A stretch of DNA of 64,000 bases from a bacterium (GTDB taxonomy: Bacteria > SAR324 > XYD2-FULL-50-16 > G965216635). Both the position numbers and the translations under genes were made by a program. The notes under the pieces are model-generated. The model was not told the origin of the DNA and searched no databases. It saw only the letters and a list, made by a program, of their open reading frames with translations. This document shows positions 10,415 through 20,237 of this stretch, one piece after another. Position 1 is the stretch's first letter; every line of letters begins with the position of its first letter. Location: positions 128,001 to 192,000 of the forward strand of contig OZ244188.1 of NCBI GenBank assembly GCA_965216635.1, read 5' to 3'.

Positions 10415-12697
10415 CTAGCGGCAAATAGCACTAAAAACCTCTACAGGCGTAGCAGGCGCATTCAGTTTGACTCTTTTATTTTTGGAAAAATAAGAAACTG
10501 CATCTTTGATTGCAAGCCAAACAGAATGAGCGAGCATCAAAGGAGGCTCTCCTACGGCTTTGGATTTAAAAATAGTATCTTCGGTATTAGAATAGGTTTT
10601 TAAATGAACTCTAAAGTCTTGCGGTAGATCGCTTACAGCTGGAATTTTGTAGGTATCAGGACCTGTCGCTAAAGCTCTACCATTTTCAGCCCACCCTAAT
10701 TCTTCACAAGTCAACCATCCCATACCCTGCACAAACCCTCCTTCTACTTGTCCTCTATCTACGGCTGGATTGATAGAATGCCCTATATCGTGCAAAATAT
10801 CTGTTCTTAAAACTTTGTATTCCCCCGTTAGAGCGTCTACTAAAACTTCAGATACCGAAGCTCCATAAGCAAAGTAGAAAAAAGGATGTCCCTTGTTGTT
10901 TTTTTTATCAAAATAAACTTTTGGTGTTTTGTAATAGCCCGTGCTAGATAGGGCTATTCTATTTTCATAAGCCAAAGCAATCAATTCTTCAAAAGTAATT
11001 TTTTTCTTTTTTTCTATCCAAACATTTCCTTGCTCAAAATGAATATTTTCTACTGGAGTTTTAAAATAAGCAGCTGCAAAGCGAATCAATCTTTCTTTTA
11101 TTTTTCTAGCTGCAATCTGAGCAGCCTTTCCATTTAAATCAGTTCCAGCAGAAGCAGCAGTAGGAGAAGTGTTAGGAACTTTATCGGTGCGGGTAGAAGT
11201 GATAGATATTTTATTTAAAGCAATTTGAAATTCTTCGGCTACAATTTGAGCTACTTTAATAAAAAGTCCTTGCCCCATTTCTGTGCCACCGTGATTGAGA
11301 TGCACACTGCCATCGCTATAGATATGAATCAAAGCCCCCGCTTGATTCATAAAGGTAACTGTGAAAGAAATACCAAACTTTACTGGAGAAATAGCGATCC
11401 CTTTTTTTAAAAAAGGGCTAGTTTGGTTAAATACAGCAACCTCTTGACGTCTTTTTTTATACTCCGAAGTTTGCACTAATTCTTCCACTAAACTAGAAAT
11501 TACTGGTTCCTCTATCTCCTGCTCGTAAGGAGTTATATTTCTACCATTTTTCTTTTCATAAAAATTGAGCCTCATAATATCTAAAGGATCTTTGTTTAGG
11601 TAACGTGCTATTTCATCTATAATATGCTCTATGTGGAGCATACCTTGAGGACCCCCAAATCCACGAAATGCAGTATTGGATACTGTATTTGTTTTACAAG
11701 GATAACCCTCTATTTTAACATTTTTGAAATAATAACAATTATCCGAATGCAACATAGCCCGATTTAAAATAGCTAAAGATAAATCCGCAGAATAACCACA
11801 TTGGGCGGCTAGTTTTATTTTAATAGCTTCAACCGCTCCCGCGTCATCAAATCCCACCTCGTAAGTATTATAAAAATTGTGTCTTTTGCCAGTAGTGATC
11901 ATATCGTCAAAACGGTTGAGTCTCATTTTCACTGGCAGCCGATTACGGTAAGCAAACAAGGCAGCAATACAAGCCGCTTGTGCAGCTTGAGTTTCTTTAC
12001 CCCCAAACCCTCCACCCATTCTTCTTGTATCTACTACTACTTGGGACATTTTTAGACCTAATACTTCGGCTACGAGTTTTTGAACTTCAGTAGGATTTTG
12101 AGTAGAGCAATAAAGAAAAATACCATCCTCCTGAGGCACAGCTAAAGAAATTTGTGTCTCTAAATAAAAATGATCCTGTCCTCCAATAAAAAGCTCCCCG
12201 CTCAAACGGTGTTTTGCTTTTTGCAAAGCAAGATTAGCGTTGCCCCGTTGTAGAGTTTGTGGCTCTAATACAAAAGATTTTTTCTGTAGTGCTTCTTTTA
12301 AATCCAAAATTGGCTCTAAAGGTTTATATTTTACTTTAATTTCTCGGACAGCCTTTCTTGCACTGTGCGTATCTTTAGCCGCCACTGCTACAATAGGCTG
12401 CCCGAAAAATTCTACTTTTTTATCTGCTAAAAGAGGGTCGCCATCAAACACTGGAGCAATATCTAATTTAGCTGGAACATCCTTCGCCTGCACAATATCT
12501 ACAACTCCTGCCATTTTTTGAGCTATAGAAATATCTACCTCTTGAATTTTAGCACAAGCCTGCTCACTACAAAAAAAACAGCAATGCAATGCCTCTGGAA
12601 AATCTAAAATATCATCTACATAAACAGCTTCACCGCTGACATGTTTTTCTGCACTATCGTGAGCGAATGGCTTTGTAATATAACTTAAATTTTTCAT
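10415..12697 (-). CDS. xdhB: Xanthine dehydrogenase molybdopterin-binding subunit
   Basis: HDSAEKHVSGEAVYVDD, RMGGGFGGKETQ, AFRGFGGPQG and SKAVGEPP. Confidence 0.96.
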   Translation of the reverse strand: MKNLSYITKPFAHDSAEKHVSGEAVYVDDILDFPEALHCCFFCSEQACAKIQEVDISIAQKMAGVVDIVQAKDVPAKLDIAPVFDGDPLLADKKVEFFGQPIVAVAAKDTHSARKAVREIKVKYKPLEPILDLKEALQKKSFVLEPQTLQRGNANLALQKAKHRLSGELFIGGQDHFYLETQISLAVPQEDGIFLYCSTQNPTEVQKLVAEVLGLKMSQVVVDTRRMGGGFGGKETQAAQAACIAALFAYRNRLPVKMRLNRFDDMITTGKRHNFYNTYEVGFDDAGAVEAIKIKLAAQCGYSADLSLAILNRAMLHSDNCYYFKNVKIEGYPCKTNTVSNTAFRGFGGPQGMLHIEHIIDEIARYLNKDPLDIMRLNFYEKKNGRNITPYEQEIEEPVISSLVEELVQTSEYKKRRQEVAVFNQTSPFLKKGIAISPVKFGISFTVTFMNQAGALIHIYSDGSVHLNHGGTEMGQGLFIKVAQIVAEEFQIALNKISITSTRTDKVPNTSPTAASAGTDLNGKAAQIAARKIKERLIRFAAAYFKTPVENIHFEQGNVWIEKKKKITFEELIALAYENRIALSSTGYYKTPKVYFDKKNNKGHPFFYFAYGASVSEVLVDALTGEYKVLRTDILHDIGHSINPAVDRGQVEGGFVQGMGWLTCEELGWAENGRALATGPDTYKIPAVSDLPQDFRVHLKTYSNTEDTIFKSKAVGEPPLMLAHSVWLAIKDAVSYFSKNKRVKLNAPATPVEVFSAICR

Positions 12698-12707
12698 CTT
12701 TAGAATT

Positions 12708-12840
12708 TTATGCCTCTAAGTTTACCAGCTAACCTGTTTTTATGCTTCATTGATTTTACCAGCTAACCTATCTTTATGCTTCATTGATTTTGCCAGCTAA
12801 TCTGTTTTTATGCTTCATTGATTTTGCCAGCTAATCTATC
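12708..12840 (-). repeat. About 4 copies of a 34-bp unit reiterating the res 3' end and stop codon
   Basis: ttatgcttcattgatttt(a/g)ccagctaa at 12740, 12774 and 12808, plus a diverged copy at 12708. Confidence 0.9.
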
Positions 12841-15800
12841 AAAATCATCCAACCAATATTTTCTATACTCTTCTGGAGCAAGAGTAGTGTCTCTCGTTTT
12901 GAAAAACAACTGAGTTTTTATTGTAAAGCCGTGAGACAAATATTTTTTTGCTTGGTTTTTATTTTCAATTTTTTCTTCAAATAGATTTTTATAGCCATCA
13001 ATTTTTCTTATCACATCGGTATGCTCTGTGCCTTTGGGATCTAAAAAAAGAATGGTATAATTCTTCTCTTTTTGCATCCAAAAAATAAAATCAGGGAAAA
13101 AATGGGATATAGAATTTGTCTTTGGGTTATAGTAAGGAATATGAATACTATCTAAAGTTTCGTCTAGTTTAGAAAACATCCACCAATCATAATTTTTAAA
13201 AACACTGTTATCTTTTTGCAAATATTCTTCTAAATTTTCAATAAACTTTATTTCGCTCGGCACATCAATAATATGGTTTAAGTAATCTACTTTTTCTTGC
13301 TCTGCTACAATTAGAGGATGGTAGTAATGGTTGGCTAAATATTTTATTTTAATTTTTTGATTGTTGAGCTCAAAAGTTTTTGCCGATTCGAATTTTTCAA
13401 ATAAAGTGAGTTGTTCGTCGTAATCTTTTCTTTTTCCCGTTTTGAATAATTCTTCTAATTCTAATTCTTTTGCTGCACTAGATTTATTTAGTTTTTGATT
13501 TTTTATAATTTCCAGTTTCTCTTTTAATTCTTCAATTTTATTTCCATCTTTGAATTTTATTTCTTTAAAATGCACAATTTCTGCTTCTAGTTTTTTAAAC
13601 CCATCAACCTCTTGGTTTTGAATGCTGAAATAATCTAAGATACTTTTGAGGTGTAAATCTGGTTTATCAATATTTCTTGTCTCGTCAAAATTGTAATATT
13701 TGCTTTGATTCTGCATACTTTCTGACACTTTTTTTAAGACTTTTATCTCGCATTCGTTTTTTAGCAAAACGATTTTATCTCCTAAATGTTCAAATAGTTT
13801 TTGAGTTTGGGTAAGGTCTTTTTTACTAACCGAATACTTTAAAACAGTGCTGGATTCTGCCAATATTTTATTGGATTTTTGATAAACAGGTACGAGTAAC
13901 AAACGATTTTTAATTTTTTCGTTTATTGCAAATAAGTCTCCCAAATTATGTTCTGGCTTTTGCTGTTCTTCTTGGAGTTTTTCTATTATATTTTTTAAAT
14001 TTTCTGCGTTGGTTCCAAAAACAAACAGACTTTCTAAGGCTAAAATATTTTGTTTTATTTTATCAAACAGCTCTTGCTCTGCTTCTTCAGCGGCTATTAA
14101 GTTTTGCAATCTTTTTCTTTTATTTTTTAGAGGCTCTATCCGCAACCCACGCCCTACCGATTGCAAAACAAATTTTTTAGAATCTTTTGCCATTCCTATA
14201 TTTACAAATAAAATAAGATTGGGTCTATTAGAATCCCACCCTTCGTAAAAAGAACGCGAGCCCATCAAAATATTTATATCCGAATCGTCTTGGTTGATTT
14301 TTTTGAATATACTTTCATTTTCCAAACTTTCTATGATTTGATAATCTGCCACTGTGTCTTTTAACCAGCCAGAAATATCTCCAATTTTTATCAAAGCAAA
14401 AGGTTTCTCCGAAGTCTGTAGTTTGAAAGCAATCTCTTTTTTATTTTTTGGAACCTTTAAAATTTCAATTTTGCCGAAATTATTTGCATTGAATACAGCT
14501 TGCAGAATTTTCTTGTAGCTTATTTTTGAAAGTATATTGCTATCTATTTCTATTTTTGTATTTTCAAATAGATATTTATTATTGTCCGAAAATTCAGCAA
14601 GCAATTCAGTTTTAGCTTCTTCCAGTAAATTTGGTTTAATTTGGTTGTTAGCTATTTTTTCTAGTTCTGCAAAGAAAAGTTTTAAGTCTGGTTCTTTAAT
14701 AATTTTATCCAAATCAGATTTTTTTGTATTGACGGAATTAACCAGTGTCAAGAGCAAGGGGCGGTGATAAAGACTGCCATTTGTTTTTCTTATTTTTTTA
14801 AAATGCTTGTAGCTATAGGTTTGTAAAAGCAGAGTTTTTAAAACAATTTTTTGTTTTTCTATTTCGGAGAAGTTATCTTGTTCCTTAAAAGCAGTTACTT
14901 TCTGTTTTGAAACATAGATATGCTTGCCGTATCCAGCTCCTATAAATTTGGCGAGATTAAAATCAAAAACGCAGCTAGCGTAGTCTCTAGCATCGGTAAA
15001 AGTAGCAGAGAAATTAAACAAAAAACCGTTCCTTGAAAGAATAGAATAAAAAATCTGCCGTTTGCTTTCTTCTTTGTCTCCTTTGTGGGCTTCGTCTAAA
15101 AGAATATACCATTTCCCAAAGTTATCGTAATTTTTAAAATTCACAATGTTTTGCTTGTGTTCATCAGAAATTAAATCAGAGCGGTAATAAAAAATAGTTA
15201 TCTCTTTTTTGGAATAGGGCAGAGCATTTTCGTGTTTTACGCTCTCGTATTCTTTCAAACTTTTTAAGAGGATCTTGGTCTCAAAATTATCTCTATTAAA
15301 CTCTGCTATATGCTCTTTGAACTGTTGTAAAAGATCTTCTCGGTGCGCCAAAAACAAAATATCGTTTTTAGGAATTTCTCCTTTTCTTATCAGCTCTCCT
15401 AAAAGATGAATAAGTTTTACAATCACAAGCGTTTTACCAGAGCCAGTTGCCATCCAAAAACTCATCCGATTGATAAAAGAAGCGAAAGAGATTTTGTCGC
15501 CTGAAACTGAGTATTCCTCACTGTATTCCAAAAGATATTTAGTCGTTTTGTTTTCTTTGCTTTTCTTTTTGCTGCCTTTTTGATTCAAGGTATAATCAAA
15601 ATTTTCATCGTAGTTATTGTTGCGGTATTTTTGAAAAAAATTATTTTTTCTAGTCTGGTAGTCTTTGTGATTTTCGCTGTAAAACAAGTGCAGTCCTTTC
15701 AGTGAATTTTCTAGTGCTTCTTTTTGAAAATCGTAAAGTCTTTTTTTTTGAGAAAAACTTTTTAAATCAAAATTTTGCCATTCTGCTGGCAAGTTGGCAA

Positions 15801-15849
15801 AAGAAATTTTTTTAACTATTTCCTGTAGATAATGCTCCATTATTCCCAC
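12808..15849 (-). CDS. res: Type III restriction endonuclease, Res subunit
   Basis: MATGSGKT Walker A, LLDEAHK, EGWDS, QSVGRGLR and a C-terminal PDF...LDPKG nuclease motif. Confidence 0.9.
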   Translation of the reverse strand: MGIMEHYLQEIVKKISFANLPAEWQNFDLKSFSQKKRLYDFQKEALENSLKGLHLFYSENHKDYQTRKNNFFQKYRNNNYDENFDYTLNQKGSKKKSKENKTTKYLLEYSEEYSVSGDKISFASFINRMSFWMATGSGKTLVIVKLIHLLGELIRKGEIPKNDILFLAHREDLLQQFKEHIAEFNRDNFETKILLKSLKEYESVKHENALPYSKKEITIFYYRSDLISDEHKQNIVNFKNYDNFGKWYILLDEAHKGDKEESKRQIFYSILSRNGFLFNFSATFTDARDYASCVFDFNLAKFIGAGYGKHIYVSKQKVTAFKEQDNFSEIEKQKIVLKTLLLQTYSYKHFKKIRKTNGSLYHRPLLLTLVNSVNTKKSDLDKIIKEPDLKLFFAELEKIANNQIKPNLLEEAKTELLAEFSDNNKYLFENTKIEIDSNILSKISYKKILQAVFNANNFGKIEILKVPKNKKEIAFKLQTSEKPFALIKIGDISGWLKDTVADYQIIESLENESIFKKINQDDSDINILMGSRSFYEGWDSNRPNLILFVNIGMAKDSKKFVLQSVGRGLRIEPLKNKRKRLQNLIAAEEAEQELFDKIKQNILALESLFVFGTNAENLKNIIEKLQEEQQKPEHNLGDLFAINEKIKNRLLLVPVYQKSNKILAESSTVLKYSVSKKDLTQTQKLFEHLGDKIVLLKNECEIKVLKKVSESMQNQSKYYNFDETRNIDKPDLHLKSILDYFSIQNQEVDGFKKLEAEIVHFKEIKFKDGNKIEELKEKLEIIKNQKLNKSSAAKELELEELFKTGKRKDYDEQLTLFEKFESAKTFELNNQKIKIKYLANHYYHPLIVAEQEKVDYLNHIIDVPSEIKFIENLEEYLQKDNSVFKNYDWWMFSKLDETLDSIHIPYYNPKTNSISHFFPDFIFWMQKEKNYTILFLDPKGTEHTDVIRKIDGYKNLFEEKIENKNQAKKYLSHGFTIKTQLFFKTRDTTLAPEEYRKYWLDDFDRLAGKINEA

Positions 15850-18308
15850 CAGATTAAAGGTTTAATTTTTTTGTAGTCTAGCTCTTTTGTGTTTTCTTTG
15901 CTTCCGTCTGTAAACAAAACTTCGTCTTCAGTGATCATTTTGATCCATTTGCCGTTTAGGCAAGATAGGGTTTCTGCTATATCAACATTGGGATAAAGTT
16001 TTTTTAAGTCTACAGTCGCTTTGTTTTTTTGGTAGTCAATTTCTAAACATTTTAGCATTTTTTCGTCCTTCATAAAAACATAGTCTTGGTAGGCTTTGTC
16101 ACTCGTTTGGTTAAATAAATTTGCATCGCCGTATTTTGTGTTTTCCAAAGTTTCTTCGTACTGCTCTAGCTCGTAGTACTTGAAAAACCCGCCTCCTTTG
16201 TAGTCTTTGGTATCCTTTGAAATACCGCTTTTATCGTAGGCTAAAACTTCTTTCATTCTCGGTAAAACTACGCTATAAAAATGCTCTCCCATTTCTACAC
16301 CGAGCCATTTTCTGCCGAGTTTATGTGCCACCGCTGTTGTAGTGCCAGAGCCGAGGAAATAGTCAAAAATTAAATCTTTTTCTTTTGAGCCTGTATTGAT
16401 TACTCTGGCTAATAATTTTTCTGAGTTTTCTGTTGTAAAACCCCAAGTTGAAGAATAGCCTACCCAATCAGTCCAATTATCTGTTAATTTTTGTGTTTCG
16501 GTTTCTTCTATTTGTGGTGTTTTATTATCTCCATTACTCCATTTTATTTTATTTTCTTTTTCTAACTCAAATATAAATTTTTGATTCAAAGCCCAATGTC
16601 TACCGTCTGGAGGCAATAACTCTGTATTAAGAATTATACGCGCCCTTGTTGTTGCTTTCCCATTTCTTTTTTCAGACTGGGCTCTTATATTTTTTTTTGA
16701 AAAAAGTTTGATATATTCATCAGGTATAGGAGACCATCTAATACCTGGTAAGTGCATAGCTCTCCATTTTGGATTATCTCTTTTTTTTGTAGCTGTAGAA
16801 AAAACAAATTGATTAGACTTTGAATAGAAAAAAAGAGAATCATGTCCACTATGATATTTATTAATTTGCTCTGTTAACTTTGCCGATTTACTAATAATAA
16901 TTTCATTTTGGTAGTTAAATATTTTATCCAACAAACACCTCACAATCCAGTTTCCGTGATAATCGCAGCGCACAAAAATACTTCCGCTATTATGCAAAAC
17001 TTCTTTGGCAAGTTTTAAGCGGTTTTCAAGGAGTGTAGCCCAGCTAGAATCCTTGTATTTGACTAGATAGTCGTAGTCTGCGTTGTTTTCTAAATTAAAA
17101 GGGGGGTCAATATAAATCGTTTGTATTTTTTCTTTGAATTTAGGCAGGATAGTATTGAGTGCTTGGTAGTTTTCACTTTTTATCAGCCAGCCGTCTAGTT
17201 GCTTATCCAAATCGTCAAATAAGCCTAAAATTTCTAGCTCCAAATCTTTAAAGTGTTTGGTATCTATAGGCAAATGCTTGTGTTTTTTGGTTAAACTATT
17301 GCCGTTTAAATCTGTTTCAAAAATAGTTTCTATCTTAAAATCACTCTCTACAATTCCGAGTTCTTGCCATTCTTGGATCTGCTCTTTTATTCCTCCGTGT
17401 TTGAGTATTTTTTGTAGCAGAATTTTATCTGCGATTCTATCTAGCGTCAAAACATAATTGCTATTTTTGGCAAACTTCGGTTTGTTCCAAATCTTGACTA
17501 GCTCGTTTTCAAACTGAGCGACAAAATCAATGATCTTAAAAGCAATGTTTTTCAGTATTTGTAATTGGTTTATTCTTATCGCAGACCATTCTTTAGCCCC
17601 TTCCCAAAGATATTGATAGCTCCAGAGTTTAAACTGCTCTTCCAAAAAAGCCTTAGCGTTTTTGTTAATGAAAAAATCTACCTCTGCTTGTCTATTGAAA
17701 ATACGAAAAGCTTTTTCTAATTCTTCTTCCTTGATAAAAACTCCTGCTTTTTTTATGGCTCTTAAGATATCTTCTGTTTTTGTTTTTGTACCATTATCGG
17801 AGTGAAGCGCAGCAAAGCAAATTGTTCTATCTTCCTTTACTTCCTTAAACTCAAAAACAAGAGATTTTTTCTCGTTCGCTTTTTTAGGTTTAATATTTTC
17901 TGCGTCAAAATAGAATTTGAAAACATCAAATTCTACGAGCGTGCTTCTAAAAATCCTATCGCTTTTGACATAGTAAAGCATCTGAGTTTTCCAAAACAAA
18001 ACTACATCTTTTTCGTCTGTATAGACCTTTTCATAAATGTTGTTATGAAAGGGAGTAGAGTTAAAATAGATAGAACCGCTTTCGCTAAAATAACGACTAA
18101 AAAAAGAATGGAGTTTGTCAAAAAGCTCCTCTCTAAAATTGGAATGTTCTTTTAGAGCTTTATAAATATCTTGTTTTAGCAAAATTTCTATCTGCTCGTA
18201 ATATTTTGATTTTATTTGCATCAAATTGATAAAACCACCTTTGCCGTCAATTTTTGCACCGATAAATATATCTTGCAGTGCTTGAAAAAATTTTTGTTCT
18301 TTCGTCAT
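15840..18308 (-). CDS. mod: Type III R-M DNA methyltransferase, Mod subunit
   Basis: IYIDPPFN (motif IV) before DYFLGSGTT (motif I), i.e. beta class; overlaps the res ORF. Confidence 0.9.
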   Translation of the reverse strand: MTKEQKFFQALQDIFIGAKIDGKGGFINLMQIKSKYYEQIEILLKQDIYKALKEHSNFREELFDKLHSFFSRYFSESGSIYFNSTPFHNNIYEKVYTDEKDVVLFWKTQMLYYVKSDRIFRSTLVEFDVFKFYFDAENIKPKKANEKKSLVFEFKEVKEDRTICFAALHSDNGTKTKTEDILRAIKKAGVFIKEEELEKAFRIFNRQAEVDFFINKNAKAFLEEQFKLWSYQYLWEGAKEWSAIRINQLQILKNIAFKIIDFVAQFENELVKIWNKPKFAKNSNYVLTLDRIADKILLQKILKHGGIKEQIQEWQELGIVESDFKIETIFETDLNGNSLTKKHKHLPIDTKHFKDLELEILGLFDDLDKQLDGWLIKSENYQALNTILPKFKEKIQTIYIDPPFNLENNADYDYLVKYKDSSWATLLENRLKLAKEVLHNSGSIFVRCDYHGNWIVRCLLDKIFNYQNEIIISKSAKLTEQINKYHSGHDSLFFYSKSNQFVFSTATKKRDNPKWRAMHLPGIRWSPIPDEYIKLFSKKNIRAQSEKRNGKATTRARIILNTELLPPDGRHWALNQKFIFELEKENKIKWSNGDNKTPQIEETETQKLTDNWTDWVGYSSTWGFTTENSEKLLARVINTGSKEKDLIFDYFLGSGTTTAVAHKLGRKWLGVEMGEHFYSVVLPRMKEVLAYDKSGISKDTKDYKGGGFFKYYELEQYEETLENTKYGDANLFNQTSDKAYQDYVFMKDEKMLKCLEIDYQKNKATVDLKKLYPNVDIAETLSCLNGKWIKMITEDEVLFTDGSKENTKELDYKKIKPLIWWE

Positions 18309-18312
18309 AATT

Positions 18313-19812
18313 TTAAAATTCAGTAACTCTAGTTTTCACCTTAGTTTTTCCCTGCTCTGTTGTTTCCAAATAAAATTTATAAAGTAGATTTTGAGATACA
18401 GCACTGCGGTATTCTTTCGTTGCTCTCAAATCGCTAATAGGAGAGTAGTCTTTTTGCAAAGTTTTCATTGTAGCCATTATTGTCTCTTCTTCCCATAGTT
18501 TGCCTAGCAAAGCCTGTTCGGTTTTATAAGCTCTTTTGGGGAAGGCAGACATACCTGAAAAAGCGATGGCTATTTTTTGAATGCTGTTAGCATCATCTAG
18601 TTCAAGTTGGAAAGCTCCGCAAAGTGCAGATATATCATCGTCTATTCTTTTGGATATTTTGTAAATTCTAAAATACTGTTTTTCTGTGGGTTTTGGAATT
18701 TGAATCTGTTCTATAAACTCCCCTTTTTTCAGGGCTGTTTTTCTGTAGTCAAGAAAAAAATCTGTAGCTAGAATCACTCTAGTTTTTGCTGCGTGCCCAG
18801 TAGATACTTGGCAAGCTTGCCTTAAAACAAAACGCGCCCCCCAAACCAATAGAGCTGGTGGAGTGTCGGCTACTGCTGAAGCGTTGGCGAGGTTGCCGCC
18901 AATACTAGCTTGATTTCTAATTTGTGGAGAAGCAAATCTTGTCAACAGCAAGGCAAAGTCGGGGTAATATTTTTCAAAAATAAAAAAAAGTTTAGCAAGT
19001 GGCACAGCAGATCCTAAATGGAGTTCGGTTTTTGTTTCCTTGATAATATTTAATTCTGCCACTCTGTGTAAATCAATAATGGCATAAAATCTCTGATGCC
19101 TCTGGGTGATTGCTAGAGATAAATCCGTTCCTCCACAGCTAAGTTTGGCATCTGGATTTTGTAGTAGAAGGTGAATGAAATTTTTTAAGTTTGTAGGAAG
19201 ATAGTAATTTTTTATAAGAGTATCTCCGCCTAGCGCTGTTTTGGCTGGAGATTCTTTAAGGCTATGCAGTAGTTTTAAAGTTTTTTTCTCCTCGCACGGG
19301 TGGGCATCTGCTGGTGTATCTGCTGGTGTATCTATTGGGGCTTGAAGAGCAGCATCTATAATTGCTCTGTAACCAGTGCAGCGGCAAAGATTCCCAGTCA
19401 AACCTTCCAAGACCTGTTCACGAGTAGGTTTTATGTGGTTTTGAAACAGCGCAAATAAAGACATCACAAAACCAGGTGTGCAAAAACCACATTGGGAGCC
19501 GTGATAATCTACCAAAGCTTGTTGCACAGGGTGTAACCCTTTTTTATCTTTTAAACCCTCTACTGTTATCAACTGATTGCCTTCTAAATTGCCCAGCAAG
19601 GCTATGCAAGAGTTAATCGTCCGATATTTTAGTTTTGTATATTTAGAATCTGGCTCTGCGAGAACTACAGTGCAGGCTCCACAATCACCACTAGCGCAAC
19701 CTTCTTTAGTGCCACAAAAACCCTCTTTTCGTAAATACTCCAAAATCGTTGTATTGGCGTTTTCTTCTTGGATAGTGCGGATTTCATTTTTGTTAAGTAG
19801 GAATTGGAGCAT
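18313..19812 (-). CDS. xdhA: Xanthine dehydrogenase small (2Fe-2S/FAD) subunit
   Basis: GTKEGCASGDCGAC, QCGFCTPG and GNLCRCTGY; start moved to ATG 19812 (MLQFLLN). Confidence 0.95.
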   Translation of the reverse strand: MLQFLLNKNEIRTIQEENANTTILEYLRKEGFCGTKEGCASGDCGACTVVLAEPDSKYTKLKYRTINSCIALLGNLEGNQLITVEGLKDKKGLHPVQQALVDYHGSQCGFCTPGFVMSLFALFQNHIKPTREQVLEGLTGNLCRCTGYRAIIDAALQAPIDTPADTPADAHPCEEKKTLKLLHSLKESPAKTALGGDTLIKNYYLPTNLKNFIHLLLQNPDAKLSCGGTDLSLAITQRHQRFYAIIDLHRVAELNIIKETKTELHLGSAVPLAKLFFIFEKYYPDFALLLTRFASPQIRNQASIGGNLANASAVADTPPALLVWGARFVLRQACQVSTGHAAKTRVILATDFFLDYRKTALKKGEFIEQIQIPKPTEKQYFRIYKISKRIDDDISALCGAFQLELDDANSIQKIAIAFSGMSAFPKRAYKTEQALLGKLWEEETIMATMKTLQKDYSPISDLRATKEYRSAVSQNLLYKFYLETTEQGKTKVKTRVTEF

Positions 19813-20101
19813 AATAAAAAGTATAATTATTGTTTTTATTAAAAACACCCTAATAAACCAAAGCCTACTAATAGTAAAATAGATAATCAAGAAAAAAAAC
19901 GCTGGCAATACCTATTTGATGATTTTAAGAGCTCTTATCCTTTTAATGGATGATTTTTATTTTTTTGGGGCGCGTCAGTCCAGTTAGCAGTTGGTGGGTT
20001 GGTTGTGACTATATTGCAACTTTTAAAAACTGCGAGTTAAAATTTTTTTTTGCTTTTCGTGAAAACAAAAAAAACACAAAGCTCTCACTAAAAATAAACC
20101 C

Positions 20102-20129
20102 TTGCATTAAGTTATATTTTGGCTAAACT
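20102..20129 (+). promoter_or_regulatory. Putative sigma70 promoter of OMP copy 1, duplicated before copy 4 (about 24669-24696)
   Basis: TTGCAT-N16-TAAACT within a block of about 100 bp that is identical at both sites. Confidence 0.5.
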
Positions 20130-20237
20130 AGGAAAATGTTAAAAAAAAATAAAGAATTATTTTTTTTTGTTTGCTTTTAATTTTTTTTCAGTTATATTTC
20201 TATTTTTACCTTCTTCTAACCTTTATTAAATATTATT

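Noticed and set aside
15840..18308. Phase-variable mod (phasevarion)
   Set aside because: Frame intact and no long simple-sequence tract seen; only short homopolymers typical of this genome
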